64,000 nucleotides of DNA from an uncultured Planctomycetota bacterium (lineage in GTDB: Bacteria; Planctomycetota; Planctomycetia; Pirellulales; Lacipirellulaceae). Below, piece by piece: positions 35,338 to 46,854 of this stretch (its first letter is position 1; the number at the start of each line of letters is the position of its first letter). The notes below the pieces were generated by a model, which saw nothing but the letters and a program-made list of their open reading frames with translations, did not search any database and was not told the DNA's origin. The translations under genes and the position numbers were made by a program. The DNA is taken from contig CAVRBU010000001.1 in assembly GCA_963719315.1 (NCBI GenBank), positions 1 to 64,000 of the forward strand, read 5' to 3'.

Positions 35338-36576
35338 ATGAAACGAGCTTCGATATTCGCACTAACCGTATTGATTTGCGGTCCGTTGGTAGCGAGCGAT
35401 TGGCCCCAATTTCGGGGTCCAACCGGCGATGGAATATCCAACGCCACCAATGTACCCATCGAATGGAGCGCCACCGAGCACGTGGCATGGAAACAGCCGA
35501 TCCCGGGCACCGGCTGGTCGTCACCGGTATTGTCGAAAGGAAAACTTTATCTGACGACGGCGGTCGGCGAGAAGGAGAGCCAGGTCTCTTTGCGTACGAT
35601 ATGTGTGGACGCGACCGATGGACGGATCGTTTGGGATACCGAGGTGTTTCAGCCGACGGCAGATGCCGCGCGGCAGATTCAATCGAAGAATAGTCTCGCG
35701 AGTCCCACGCCGATCGTGGACGGCGACAGACTGTACGTGCATTTCGGCCACATGGGAACCGCGGCGCTCGATCTGGATGGCAACGTAATCTGGCGGCAAA
35801 CGTCGCTCAGCTATCGCCCGCAACACGGGAACGGTGGCTCGCCCGTAGCGATCGGCGAGCTTCTGGTATTCAGTTGCGACGCGATCGAAAACCCGTTTGT
35901 CGTGGCCCTCGATCGCGGCACTGGCGACGTGCGATGGAAGACGGATCGCCAGACAACCGCCAAGAGAAAATTCTCTTTCAGCACCCCCACGGCCATCGAA
36001 GTCGATGGCGCTCCGCAAGTCGTTATCCCTGGAAGTGGATTCGTCGGCGGCTATGATCCGAGCGACGGCCACGAAATCTGGCGCGTGCGCTACGGAGAAG
36101 GCTATTCTGTCGTCCCGCGGCCCGTCTATGCGGACGGGCTTCTGTTCGTAGCCTCGGGTTTCGATAAGCCTGTGTTGTACGCCATCGACCCGCAGGGCGC
36201 AACGGGCGACGCCACCGACACGCACGTCGCTTGGACCTACGCCAAGGGCGCGCCCCTGACGCCGTCGGTGCTGGTCGTTGGCGGCGAGTTGTATTTCGTA
36301 TCCGACAAAGGGGTGGCAACCTGCCTCGATGCACGTTCAGGACGGCTTAACTGGACCAAACGCCTGGGTGGCGACTTTTCCGCATCGCCCGTGTTGGCCG
36401 ACGGGCGAATCTACGTACAGAGCGAGGCCGGCGTGACGACCGTGATCAACGCGAGCAAGGAATTCGAGTCGGTGGCGACGAACGATCTTGGTGAACGCAC
36501 GCTGGCCTCGCCGGCCGTAGCCGATGGGGCGATCTTCCTCCGCTCCGAATCGAATTTATGGCGTATTCAAAAGTAA
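35338..36576 (+). CDS. Secreted PQQ-like beta-propeller repeat protein
   Basis: DWPQFRGP, GWSSPV, repeated DxxTGxxxW. Confidence 0.9.
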   Translation: MKRASIFALTVLICGPLVASDWPQFRGPTGDGISNATNVPIEWSATEHVAWKQPIPGTGWSSPVLSKGKLYLTTAVGEKESQVSLRTICVDATDGRIVWDTEVFQPTADAARQIQSKNSLASPTPIVDGDRLYVHFGHMGTAALDLDGNVIWRQTSLSYRPQHGNGGSPVAIGELLVFSCDAIENPFVVALDRGTGDVRWKTDRQTTAKRKFSFSTPTAIEVDGAPQVVIPGSGFVGGYDPSDGHEIWRVRYGEGYSVVPRPVYADGLLFVASGFDKPVLYAIDPQGATGDATDTHVAWTYAKGAPLTPSVLVVGGELYFVSDKGVATCLDARSGRLNWTKRLGGDFSASPVLADGRIYVQSEAGVTTVINASKEFESVATNDLGERTLASPAVADGAIFLRSESNLWRIQK

Positions 36577-36600
36577 CCGGCCAAGCACTTTGGAGTCTGC

Positions 36601-38293
36601 ATGTTCGTTCATCCATCCTGGATTTTGCCATCCCTTGCGATTTGGTTCGTCGCCTTGTTTTCGTCCGTGGCCACAAGCGCGGATTACGACGTGATTCTTC
36701 GCGGCGGCACGGTCTACGATGGTTCGGGCCAACCGCCAGTTGTTGCCAACGTCGCGATTCGCGGCGACCGCATTGCTGCTATCGGCGACCTTGCCCAGCA
36801 AACCGCGTCGCAGGAATTCGACGTGCGCGGCATGGCCGTCGCGCCGGGCTTCATCAATATGCTGAGTTGGTCGGTTTCGTCGCTGATCGAAGACGGCAAA
36901 TCGCAGAGCGAAATTCGCCAAGGCGTGACGCTCGAAGTATTCGGCGAAGGCGAATCCTGGGGACCGTGGAACGACTTTCAAAAAAAGACGGCCAAGGAGC
37001 AACAAGGCGATATCCGCTATCCGATCGAGTGGACCACGTTGGCGGAGTATTTGAATTTCCTCGCGAAGCGCGGCGTTTCGCCCAATATCGCGTCTTTTGT
37101 TGGAGCAACGACGGTCCGCATCCACGAAATCGGTTACGAAGACCGGCCGCCGACGCCCGCGGAACTCAAGCGAATGAAGCAACTCGTGCGGCAGGCCATG
37201 GAGGAAGCGCGCTAGGGTTAGGCTCGGCGCTCATCTATGCACCGGCTTTTTACGCTAAAACCGACGAGCTCACCGAGTTGTGCAAGGTCGTCGCCGAATA
37301 TGACGGCCTTTTCACGTCGCACATGAGAAGCGAAGGCAACCGGCTGCTCGAAAGCGTGGACGAAATTCTGCAAATCATGCGCGACTCGGGCGTGCGGGCT
37401 GAAATCTACCACTTGAAGGCGGCCGGCGAAAAGAATTGGGGCAAGTTGGATCCGCTGATCGAACGAGTCAATGCGGCCCGCGAGAAGGGTATGCAGATCA
37501 GCGCCGACATGTACACGTACACCGCCGGCGCGACCGGGCTCGATGCGGCCATGCCGCCCTGGGTGCAGGAAGGCGGTTGTCGCAAATGGGCCGACCGGCT
37601 GCGGGAACCGGAGACGCGGGCCCGCGTGCTCCGCGAAATGCGAACGCCGGCCGACGACTGGGAAAACCTCATGCTGCTCGCCGGTTCGCCGGACAAAGTG
37701 CTCCTAATCGAGATCAAGAACGAAAAACTCAAGCCGCTTACCGGCAAAACGCTGGCCGAAGTGGCCCGCATGCGTGGCCGCTCGCCCGAAGAAACGGCAA
37801 TGGATCTGGTGATCGAAGACGGCAGCCGAGTGGGAACGGTCTATTTTCTGATGTCGGAAGACAACGTCCGCAAACAGATCAAACTGCCTTGGGTCAGCTT
37901 CTGTTCGGACGCCGAATCAACCGCCCCGGAGGGTGTGTTCCTCAAGGCTAGCGCCACCCGCGCGCTTACGGCAACTTCTCTAAATTGCTGGGCCGCTACG
38001 TCCGCGACGAAAAACTGATCCCGCTCGAAGAGGCGGTCCGCCGGCTGACGACGCTGCCCGCCGGGAACTTGCGGATTAAGAAACGTGGCGCCCTAAAGCC
38101 CGAGTATTTTGCGGATGTCGTCGTATTCGATCCGGCCAAGATTCAGGACCATTCCACGTACGAAAAACCGCAGCAATATTCGACCGGCATGATTCACGTA
38201 TTCGTCAACGGGAAGCAGGTCATTCGCGACGGCGAGCACACAGGTGCGACGCCAGGCCGGGTAGTGTACGGGCCGGGTCGAAGAACCCCGTAG
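36601..38293 (+). CDS. N-acyl-D-amino acid deacylase (indels near 37208 and 37955)
   Basis: GGTVYDGSG, VAPGFINM, SHMRSE, HLK, DMYTY, CSDA, ADVVVFDP over three frames. Confidence 0.9.
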
Positions 38294-38343
38294 CCGCGTT
38301 TCTCCGAAGCGTGGGTGCGACTTTCAGAGAAACTCGCCACGAC

Positions 38344-40221
38344 TTACTTCGCTCGTCCCGTTTTGGTGTCGATCTCCAACCCGAGCTGCTCTCTGTCCTT
38401 GGTGTAGAATACGTACCCGTACATCATTTCCTGGTACGTCTGCTGGCCATCGCGCACGGTGGCTGCCGGGTCGGGGTTGAACGGATTGAACGTCGTATTG
38501 TCGTAGTGGGCGAGGCACTCAAACTTCGTATTGGCTGGAAACTTCAATTCGTTGTACGCGACGTGATACGGCATCTGCCAATCGAAGCTGTAATTGGGGA
38601 TCATCAGCAGCGATACCGGTTCGGCGCCAGGTGGATAGGCGCGGAATGTCACATCCTGCCCGCGCACGTGCATGTGCGCGAAAAAGCCGTACAGCGTCAC
38701 GTCGTCGGTGAGTGTCTTGGTTCGCGAGACCGGATAGTGTGCCGCATAAGGCGGGATTGCAAATTTCTGGTTGCTCAACTGCAGATAGTGCAATTCCTTC
38801 TCGACCTTGTAACGCGGAAAGCGAAAGCCGACGCGGAGTTTTGTCTTTTCCGGCTTGCCGGTCGTCGTCAAATGAATTTGAAGCCCAATGGCTGAGCCGG
38901 CCGGGATTTTCGACGCGACGTTGTGATCGAGCTGCATCGGGCCCACACCCGGCACGTAGCCCGTGATGAGACGCGCATACATGCCCTCCGAGCCGATTGG
39001 CATATAGCCGAGATTCGAGTGGTGCACCACGCGTGGATTGCTCGGCTGGACTTCGGCCGCTTGGATGTACGTGTCGTGCAGAAACACGGCCGGTAGGAGA
39101 GTGTACTTGTAGTCGATATAGCCGTCGGCCGGCACGTCATACGTGAACGGCGCTTCGAAAATCATATCCGGCTCACCCAACAGCCATTCTTTTCCGGCCC
39201 ACAGGTCGTCGGCCGCGACCGACGCAGGTTGCTCGGACTCGCCTTTGGCCACGGTTGCCGTAACGGCAGCCGCTTTGAGGTCGGCATCGTGCGGCGCCCC
39301 GGCCTGCGCCCAGGCAAGAAGCAGCTTGCGGTCCGCCGCAGCCATTGTGCGATTGTTCGAAAACTTGCCGATGCCGGGGCTGGCATACCACGGTGGCATT
39401 CGCCGCTGCTCGACCACTTCCGCGATCATCGCGGCGTTTGCCGCTAGATCGTCATAGGACGTAAGCGAAAACGGAGCGGCCGTGCCCGGACGATGGCAAG
39501 CCGTGCAATTCTTCTCGACGATCGGCGCGATCTGCTGCGAGTAACTGATGTTGTCGATCTTCTTCGCGGGCGCCGCCTTCGTGATCAAGCAGCCATCGAC
39601 GGCCGTTTCAGTGACTGCGATCTCCTCTCCGGCCAGCAGCGACCGGATCGCATCGCGCAATTCCGAACTCACGGCCCCTGGCGTCGTTCCCCCCAACCTA
39701 AAACTGTTATCGATCCGGCCGCGATAGCGGATTTTGTAATCGGAGTCGATCAACACGGCTGTTGCCGTGCGATCCACGCCGCAAGCCTCAACGCAACTGC
39801 CGCCGATGTCCTTGACGAACGGAAACGGCATGTCGTGCTCGACGGCTTGCGTGGCGATATCGAGCACCGAATCATCCGGTCCAACATCGATGGCGACGAA
39901 CTGCACGCCCTGCCCCCGAAATTCAGTGTCCAACTGCTTGAGCCGCGGCAGGAATCGTTGCACGATCGGGCAAGTCGTATTGGTAAACACGAGTACGAAA
40001 GCCCGTTTCTGCACCGGATCTTTAGCGTTCACGAAATCGCTCAACGACCGCGGCAAGAACCGAATATCCGTAAACGTGCACGGGCCCAGTTTCCCGCCGA
40101 CTTGAGCCGGCGGCCGCGGCTCGGCATTGTTATCCGCACGTGCGTTCACCGCGGCGGCAGTCAGGGCGCATACCGCTGTTGCAGCAATGAATTGGCCAAA
40201 AAAGGGACGCCGATGGAACAT
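38344..40221 (-). CDS. Secreted redoxin + cytochrome c + copper type II monooxygenase-like fusion
   Basis: TCP redoxin, YRGRID, CTACH heme site, VVHH, QIH, HMH, EMM. Confidence 0.8.
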   Translation of the reverse strand: MFHRRPFFGQFIAATAVCALTAAAVNARADNNAEPRPPAQVGGKLGPCTFTDIRFLPRSLSDFVNAKDPVQKRAFVLVFTNTTCPIVQRFLPRLKQLDTEFRGQGVQFVAIDVGPDDSVLDIATQAVEHDMPFPFVKDIGGSCVEACGVDRTATAVLIDSDYKIRYRGRIDNSFRLGGTTPGAVSSELRDAIRSLLAGEEIAVTETAVDGCLITKAAPAKKIDNISYSQQIAPIVEKNCTACHRPGTAAPFSLTSYDDLAANAAMIAEVVEQRRMPPWYASPGIGKFSNNRTMAAADRKLLLAWAQAGAPHDADLKAAAVTATVAKGESEQPASVAADDLWAGKEWLLGEPDMIFEAPFTYDVPADGYIDYKYTLLPAVFLHDTYIQAAEVQPSNPRVVHHSNLGYMPIGSEGMYARLITGYVPGVGPMQLDHNVASKIPAGSAIGLQIHLTTTGKPEKTKLRVGFRFPRYKVEKELHYLQLSNQKFAIPPYAAHYPVSRTKTLTDDVTLYGFFAHMHVRGQDVTFRAYPPGAEPVSLLMIPNYSFDWQMPYHVAYNELKFPANTKFECLAHYDNTTFNPFNPDPAATVRDGQQTYQEMMYGYVFYTKDREQLGLEIDTKTGRAK

Positions 40222-40339
40222 TCGCGCGTATCTGCGTGAATCGAAGTGATTTGCCCATGAAAGTGGTCGGTAAATCCGACCCACAATTATGATACTCTCT
40301 AGGACACGCGAGCCAACAGAGCATCTACGTTTCGATCCC

Positions 40340-41754
40340 ATGAATTCGCAGTCGTTTACCAATTTCGGCGGCAATCAGTCGTTCGACCCGGCCAACGTCT
40401 ATGCGCCGCGGGACGAAACCGAACTTTTGGAAGTGCTCCGAACCTGTCGTGGCCGGCGAATTCGCGCGATCGGCCGGCTCCATTCCTGGAGCGAAGCGCC
40501 CGTCGCCACCGACGTGCTGATCGACCTGCGATATTTTCAGGAGGTGCGCGTTGAGCAGCGCGACGGTCGTCCTTGGGTAACCGTCGGCGCGGGGTGCCAG
40601 ATCAAACGAATCCTGGCCGAACTGGCCTGCCAATCGGCCGGCACGCTCCCTTCACTCGGGCTGATTACGGAACAAACGATAGCCGGCGCCATTTCGACCG
40701 GCACGCACGGTTCCGGCAAGCCCTCGATGTCGCATTTCATCGATGAAGTCCGCGTCGCCGCGTACAATCCGACGACCGGCGAGCCGACGATCCACACGAT
40801 CCGTGGCGGCGATGAATTGCGCGCCGCGCTGCTCGATCGGCACACTCGGCGTAATCGTCTCCGTGGGCTTTTGGTCCCGGACGCAGTACAACATTGAGGA
40901 ACACTTTCGTGGATACGACGGCCTCGAAAGCGTACTCGCCAAGGAAGAAGAATTCCCGCTGCAGCAGTTCTACTTGATGCCCTGGTCGTGGCAATACTTT
41001 GCCCAGCACCGCCGTGAAACGACGCAACCGCGCGGAGGCTGGGCCACGCTCTATCGGCTGTATTTCTTTTTGCAGTTCGACATCGGCCTCCATTTGCTAT
41101 TGCGACTCGCCGCCCGCACGCTCCGCAGCCCACGGCTCGTGCGGTTTCTGTTTCAAAAAATCGCGCCGCGGCTGGTGATTCAAAACTGGAAGGTTGTCGA
41201 TGATTCCAGCAACATGTTGGTCATGGAACACGAACTGTTTCAGCACATCGAGTGTGAAATGTTCGTGCGCAAGCCGCAGTTGGCGGCAGCCATCGACCTG
41301 GTCGTGCAACTACTGAAGCTGTTTGATGGCGATCCCGAAGCGCTCGATTCGCTCGCCCGCGACCACTTGCAGCAAATTGGCACGCTGAACGAAATCGAAT
41401 CGCGGCGCGGTACTTACACGCACCACTATCCGATCTGCGTTCGCCGCGTACTGCCGGATGACACGCTGATTTCCATGGCCAGTGGCGGCGATGAACCGTA
41501 CTACGCGATCAGCTTGCTCAGCTACGCTCGGCCGAACGACCGGCAGGGTTTTTTGACATTTGCCGACGTGCTTTGCCGAACGCTGGGCGCGCTCTACAGC
41601 GCCCGGCCACATTGGGGCAAAGTTTGCCCACTAACTCCGGCGGAAGCAGTGCGGCTCTATCCGCATCTGCCGCGGTTTCGCGAAATCTGCTCGCGCCGAT
41701 CCGAATGGCGTCTTTCGCAACGAATGGACCGCGGGCACGCTATTCTCCAAGTAG
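40340..41754 (+). CDS. FAD-linked aldonolactone oxidase (ALO/GULO) family (indels near 40829 and 41695)
   Basis: IGRLHSWS, IAGAISTGTHGSG, RPHWGK, DPNGVF after frame repair. Confidence 0.85.
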
Positions 41755-41833
41755 GTCCCGCTTGCCGAGCGGGACGTAGATACTGGACAACAGCCTATCA
41801 TCTCAAAGGTCCCTTCCGGTAGAAGCGACCTAT
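41751..41833. repeat. GTAG-type REP doublet between convergent genes
   Basis: GTAGGTCCCGCTTGCCGAGCGGGAC ... GTCCCTTCCGGTAGAAGCGACCTAT. Confidence 0.65.
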
Positions 41834-42256
41834 TTACACCAGCTTCGCGTCCATCGTGATCGTCGTATTGAGCAACCGCGAAATCGGGCAACCCGCCTTC
41901 GCGTTGTTGGCGGCCGTTTCGAATGCCTTCGGATCGGCCCCGGGAAGTTTTACGCGAACATCCAAATGCGAGGACGTAACGGTGAAGCCGGCGTCCGTTT
42001 TTTCGAGCGTGACCGTGGCCGTCGTGTTAATCGAATCGGCCGTCATGCCGGCGTTCCCCAATTGCCCGGAAAGTGCCATCGAAAAGCAGCCCGCGTGAGC
42101 GGCCGCGATGAGCTCCTCCGGATTGGTCCCCTTCCCTTCCTCGAATCGAGTGCCGAACGAGTATTGCGTGCTGTCCATGACGCCGCTGTCCGTTGAAATA
42201 GCCCCCTTGCCGTCCTTGAGGCCGCCCTTCCAAATTGCTGATGCTTTGCGCTTCAT
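41834..42256 (-). CDS. osmC: OsmC peroxiredoxin
   Basis: TNPEELIAAAHAGCFSMAL, CPISR. Confidence 0.95.
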   Translation of the reverse strand: MKRKASAIWKGGLKDGKGAISTDSGVMDSTQYSFGTRFEEGKGTNPEELIAAAHAGCFSMALSGQLGNAGMTADSINTTATVTLEKTDAGFTVTSSHLDVRVKLPGADPKAFETAANNAKAGCPISRLLNTTITMDAKLV

Positions 42257-42381
42257 ATTAAAGTTTCCTTGTGGATTTGAGTTATCCTTGCCGCCATCAT
42301 CAGCGACTGGGGCTGAAAGGGCTAGACCCCGGCGCGTACATGAGCAGGACATTTTTATAGCCAAGGACCGACCAGGTTGGC

Positions 42382-42571
42382 GGATATTCTGTCCGAAATC
42401 AAGGAGAATTTCGCGGGTGGCACGACATTTGACTGGCAGCAAGGACCGATCTCCCATATTTCGGCCTTACGTCGCAATAATGAAATTCCTGAGAAAAATG
42501 GTCGGATCGCCAAGAAAAAGCTTGACCACCGTCATTTTGGCTGGCAAGATAAAGGCGCGGATAGATTATCC
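42382..42571. promoter_or_regulatory. Operator pair GGATATTCTGTCC (42382-42394) and GGATAGATTATCC (42559-42571), with TTGACC-N17-CAAGAT at 42522-42550
   Basis: Same palindrome recurs twice at 45529-45689. Confidence 0.65.
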
Positions 42572-42686
42572 AGAACACTCTTTCTTCGCCCGTTTGGGGC
42601 GGTTGGTTCGCTGAATACGTAGGCAGACACCGTTGTCGTCTAAGCAACATTCGAGTTCGGGAGGAAAGCTAATTCGTTATCGTCAC

Positions 42687-44246
42687 ATGCCCACCCTCAT
42701 CTTCGTTGTGCTGACAGCACTCCAATTGACGAACACCTCGCCAATCCAAGCGACAACGCTCATTGGTAACCCGTATATCAACGGGTTTCAGAATTGGATC
42801 GATCCGGCTCAAGATCGCCTGGGTGACTGGCGTCTGAATCTGCATTCAAACACGGTCATGGAGACGTTGGATCTAATTCCAGGAGGTAGCGGAACCAACA
42901 CCGGCAACTACGTTCCGTCACTCCTCATCCAAAACAACTACACGACGCCGACCACGTACGACATGAATGCGCGCATGTGGTCCAGCGATGACGACGGGTG
43001 GGGCCTCGTCTTCGGCTATCAGGACGTTGACAACTACTATCGTGTACTATTTCGCGCCGAGGCGAATGGTAACTTAGGCGGCACTACTGGCACCTCAGTG
43101 CAAAAGGTTGTAGGCGGCGTTGTCACGCAGATTAGCCCCGCTGGCACTGGGGCAGGAAACGCCGTCATTCCCAGGCTACCGATGATCGCCACCCGACAGC
43201 CGGTCGATGTCAAGGTGTCGGTCGATGGCATAAAAAACGCGGTGTATGTCGCCGGCGTGAACGGCGACAATCCGCTACAGAGCGGTAGCGACGCGGGACT
43301 TGCTGCCGGAAAGATCGGCATCCAGTCCTGGGCGCAACAAATCGGACCTAATTCGGAGAATCCATATTACGGCACTGAATTGGAGACGTTGTCGGTTTCG
43401 GACAATTCGGGAACCCTGTATAGCAGCGGCAGTTTTGCGAATCCGACACCCGTAAGTTGGCGGACTTTGGTCATGACCAATTCGGCCGGCCTCCGCACTG
43501 ATGACACCGCGGATGCGGCCGTTTCCGGCGACGAGGCGGGCAACTTCGGCCTCGGTCTTAATGGTCAGTGGATTCATCAGCGTTCGAATGGTTTTGTGTA
43601 TGCAACTACAACCGGATTGAACCCCGCGCGAAATGTCGACTTTATTGGCCCCGCGATCGTTGTCGACAGTCCCGGCAGCACCAGTTACACCGATTATGAA
43701 ATGAAGGTTCGCATTGGCGCGACCGATGACGATGGATTGGGCGTTTTAGTGCGAGTGCAAGACGATGACAATTTCTACCGCATCAACTTTGCTCGACAGT
43801 CGATGGCCGATGCAAACCCCTTAAACTCGCGGGCGCCGCAAGGACTTTCCATTCAGAAAGTCCAAAATGGCGTGTGGAGCGAAATCTTCCGTGACGATCA
43901 AAATTCGCCGCTGTTCATTTATCAGAATGGCCCCGGCAACCCCAACACGCCGATGCCGAAATTCGATCTCAGTGTCAAGATGATCGGTAACACGTTTGGA
44001 ATTCAGGTGATCGATGACGGCGGTACGGTCATCGACTACCCGCTGATCGCCGACAACAGCGGCACGCCGCTTCTTTCGGGAACCGTCGGTCTGACGACCT
44101 GGGGCACGGAGAATGATTACTGGTCCGGCTACGGCGGCAACCCCGACAGTCCGTTCCTCGTCGAAATCCCCGAACCGACGACAGTTTGCTTGGCGCTGAT
44201 CGCGGTCTTGGGTGGATGCTTGCTGAAACGCCGGCGGTGGTGCTAA
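42687..44246 (+). CDS. PEP-CTERM protein with two thrombospondin-C-like (DDD-G) lectin-fold domains
   Basis: Signal peptide; [50 protein letters not shown]. Confidence 0.8.
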   Translation: MPTLIFVVLTALQLTNTSPIQATTLIGNPYINGFQNWIDPAQDRLGDWRLNLHSNTVMETLDLIPGGSGTNTGNYVPSLLIQNNYTTPTTYDMNARMWSSDDDGWGLVFGYQDVDNYYRVLFRAEANGNLGGTTGTSVQKVVGGVVTQISPAGTGAGNAVIPRLPMIATRQPVDVKVSVDGIKNAVYVAGVNGDNPLQSGSDAGLAAGKIGIQSWAQQIGPNSENPYYGTELETLSVSDNSGTLYSSGSFANPTPVSWRTLVMTNSAGLRTDDTADAAVSGDEAGNFGLGLNGQWIHQRSNGFVYATTTGLNPARNVDFIGPAIVVDSPGSTSYTDYEMKVRIGATDDDGLGVLVRVQDDDNFYRINFARQSMADANPLNSRAPQGLSIQKVQNGVWSEIFRDDQNSPLFIYQNGPGNPNTPMPKFDLSVKMIGNTFGIQVIDDGGTVIDYPLIADNSGTPLLSGTVGLTTWGTENDYWSGYGGNPDSPFLVEIPEPTTVCLALIAVLGGCLLKRRRWC

Positions 44247-44508
44247 TCGCTCCGAGAAATCCAACATTCGTCAGCTAGATTGCCGACGGCAGCGCCCCCT
44301 CGCCGGAGGCGTTGCCGTCCGTTTTTTGCCGTTGTGCGATTGCAAGTCTTCCGGTCTTCGATTTTGCGGCTGCGTTCACGTGCTGACAAGCGTACGCTGA
44401 ATCGGTCATAATGCGGGTCGGGCAAGAGCCGTATTCTATATCGCAATCGCATGACAACTTCTTCAAGCACGCTGTCGTTTTCAATTTCGCATTCGCTGGT
44501 CAAAGCGG

Positions 44509-45354
44509 ATGTGTACTCCGGCCTCGGCGCTGCGCGATCCGACGCCCTGGTTCGTGCGCTTCCAGCGCTTGTTGGACGAAATGACCAGTGGCGAGAAGCG
44601 CGTCGGCTCCTACTTCATGGAGCACCCCGACGCCGCCCAGAAGTCGATCGGCGAACTGATCGATGTCTCGGGCCTCGGCTACGGCACCGTCATTCGCTTT
44701 TGCCAAAAGCTCGGTTGCCGCGGGTTCCAGGAGTTCAAAGTCCTCATGGCCCGCGACGCCATCGCCCAGCGGCCGAGCGCGCCCGGCTATGGCACCGGCG
44801 CCTACGATTTGATCCTGCAACGGCTGAATGAGGATATTAACCGCACGGCCCAAAACCTGGACATCCAAGAAGTCGAGAAAGCTGCCGTCGCACTGTCCAA
44901 GGCGACCCGTGTGCTGTGCGCCGGTGTCGCGAGTTCGGCCCCGCTGGCCCTCAGCCTGGATTGGAAGATCAAGCGATTCGGTATCGTTAGTTCCTGCCTA
45001 TCGGATGGATACGTGATGGCCGTCGAGGCCTCGCTGCTTCGCAAAGGTTCGGTCCTTGTGGCCGTCAGCTCGTCGGGCACCACGAAAGATGTCGTGACGG
45101 CCGCCCGCCTGGCTCGTGACGCCGGGGCCACGGTGATCGCCGTCACGAATTTCACGAAGGCCCCCCTCATCGAAACGGCCAACATCCGCCTGATCACCTC
45201 CGCCACGCGAGAGCCGATCATCGCCGAAATCCCCTCGATCGTGGCAGCCGAGGTCGTCTTTGAAATCCTGATCGAGCAGATTCGCCGCCTGAACCCGGCC
45301 GTCGACAAAACGGTGCTCGAAACGTTCAACGCCATCGCCGACCGCAAGCTCTAG
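44509..45354 (+). CDS. RpiR/MurR family transcriptional regulator (HTH + SIS)
   Basis: TVIRFCQKLGCRGFQEFK, AVSSSGTT, IAVTN. Confidence 0.93.
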   Translation: MCTPASALRDPTPWFVRFQRLLDEMTSGEKRVGSYFMEHPDAAQKSIGELIDVSGLGYGTVIRFCQKLGCRGFQEFKVLMARDAIAQRPSAPGYGTGAYDLILQRLNEDINRTAQNLDIQEVEKAAVALSKATRVLCAGVASSAPLALSLDWKIKRFGIVSSCLSDGYVMAVEASLLRKGSVLVAVSSSGTTKDVVTAARLARDAGATVIAVTNFTKAPLIETANIRLITSATREPIIAEIPSIVAAEVVFEILIEQIRRLNPAVDKTVLETFNAIADRKL

Positions 45355-45528
45355 GGCCGTGGCCGGGCCGCACCGCTTGGCTCCGACACAACGTCCGATC
45401 CGCCGCATTGGAGACTGATTTCCTGGCGATCCGCTGTTCTTGAGGCCCATTAACCGAGCGGATTAACGTGCAACTTAGCTCCCTAAGTGCGTACCACCAA
45501 AGGCCAGAGGCAGCCTCCGACGCCACGC

Positions 45529-45689
45529 GGATATATTATCCAAGCCGTACTTTGCCAATTGCCGCGAAGGGGCGAACCCTTTTTGGTTTCAATCCTCGAC
45601 CGCGCCCCTTCGGATTGTTCTTCTTGCTAATTTCTTCGATTCTTTATCAAAAAATCGTTGCGTCGATGTTCTGGATGGATATACTATCC
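45529..45689. promoter_or_regulatory. Operator pair GGATATATTATCC (45529-45541) and GGATATACTATCC (45677-45689), the latter overlapping a TATACT -10 box
   Basis: Perfect GGATA-N3-TATCC palindromes; TTGCGT-N16-TATACT at 45658-45685. Confidence 0.7.
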
Positions 45690-45899
45690 AACAGTGGCCC
45701 GGGAGGTGGGCAACCGAACTTCTCACTGCTCTGCCTCCAGAGCTGCTCGCTATTGGCGTGCCTTAGGACGAAGGCACACTGGGCGTGGGTCGCATATCAA
45801 ACCTTCATAACTCGACCGGCAAGCCAACCGTTGCCAATGAGATTTCCGCTCGCACATCCGGCAACCCAGCGAGCGTGAACAACGAAAAAGGATGCTCTC

Positions 45900-46854
45900 A
45901 TGAAGCTCGCGAGTCATCGATCGGACCGTTCGTCGGCCCTTCCTCCTGGTTCGCTCTTTCAGTCGCAACGCGGCTTTACGCTTGTGGAACTGCTGGTCGT
46001 GATCGCGATCATTGGCATCTTGGTCGCGCTGCTCCTGCCCGCTGTCCAAGCGGCGCGAAGCGGCGCGGCGGGCGACCTGTCAGAACAACGTCAAGCAGTG
46101 CCTGCTTGGAATGCAACTGTTTCTCGACAATAAGAAGACGTTTCCCGCTGGTCTAGAACCGTACAACACGGACTCATCCTACCCGTCCTCGACGAACCCC
46201 ATTCCTGACTTCAGGCATAGCTGGGTGCCGTACATCCTGCCGTACGTGGAAGAGCAGGCCGTCTTCGACCAATACAAATTCGATAAGAAGTGGAATGATG
46301 GGGCAACGAATTCCTATCTCACACGACGACAGCCAGATGCCAAAGATTTCTCCATCATGCAATGCCCGTCGACGGAACGACTCCTTCACGGTCGGCTCGA
46401 CTATGGCGCAATTCCGGGCCCCGGGTTTTCGGGCTCCCCGAATGAAGGTTGGTATCGGAAGCGAAACTGGTCGCTGGGCATCCTGATTGCCGTTCCCGCG
46501 CCTGAACCGGGTAAACCCCAGACGGGCGTCAACTCGCGGATCAAAGCCGGTCAGGTAACCGATGGCACGACCTACACGATTATGCTGGGCGAATGTGCCG
46601 GCCGAGATGTTCACGATTCGACGCCGAACGATACGCTCTACTGGGGCAATGGCGATCACGCCTACGCCCATCATGGAGCGAGCGTCAACATTACGCCGGT
46701 CGACGAGATGTATAGCGATCATCCCGGCGGATTGCACGTCGGCATGGCCGACGCGAGCGTGCACTTTTATCGGGAAGATATGCCGAAGACGATTATAGAT
46801 TCGCTCGCCACGCGGGCAGGTGGCGAGGCGAATACGCATGGGGAATTCGATTGA
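45900..46854 (+). CDS. DUF1559 prepilin-type protein (indel near 46058)
   Basis: [63 protein letters not shown]. Confidence 0.93.

Noticed and set aside
42418..42433. sigma54 promoter TGGCACGACATTTGAC before the PEP-CTERM gene
   Set aside because: -12 element is GA rather than GC; a sigma70-like promoter is closer; left uncalled
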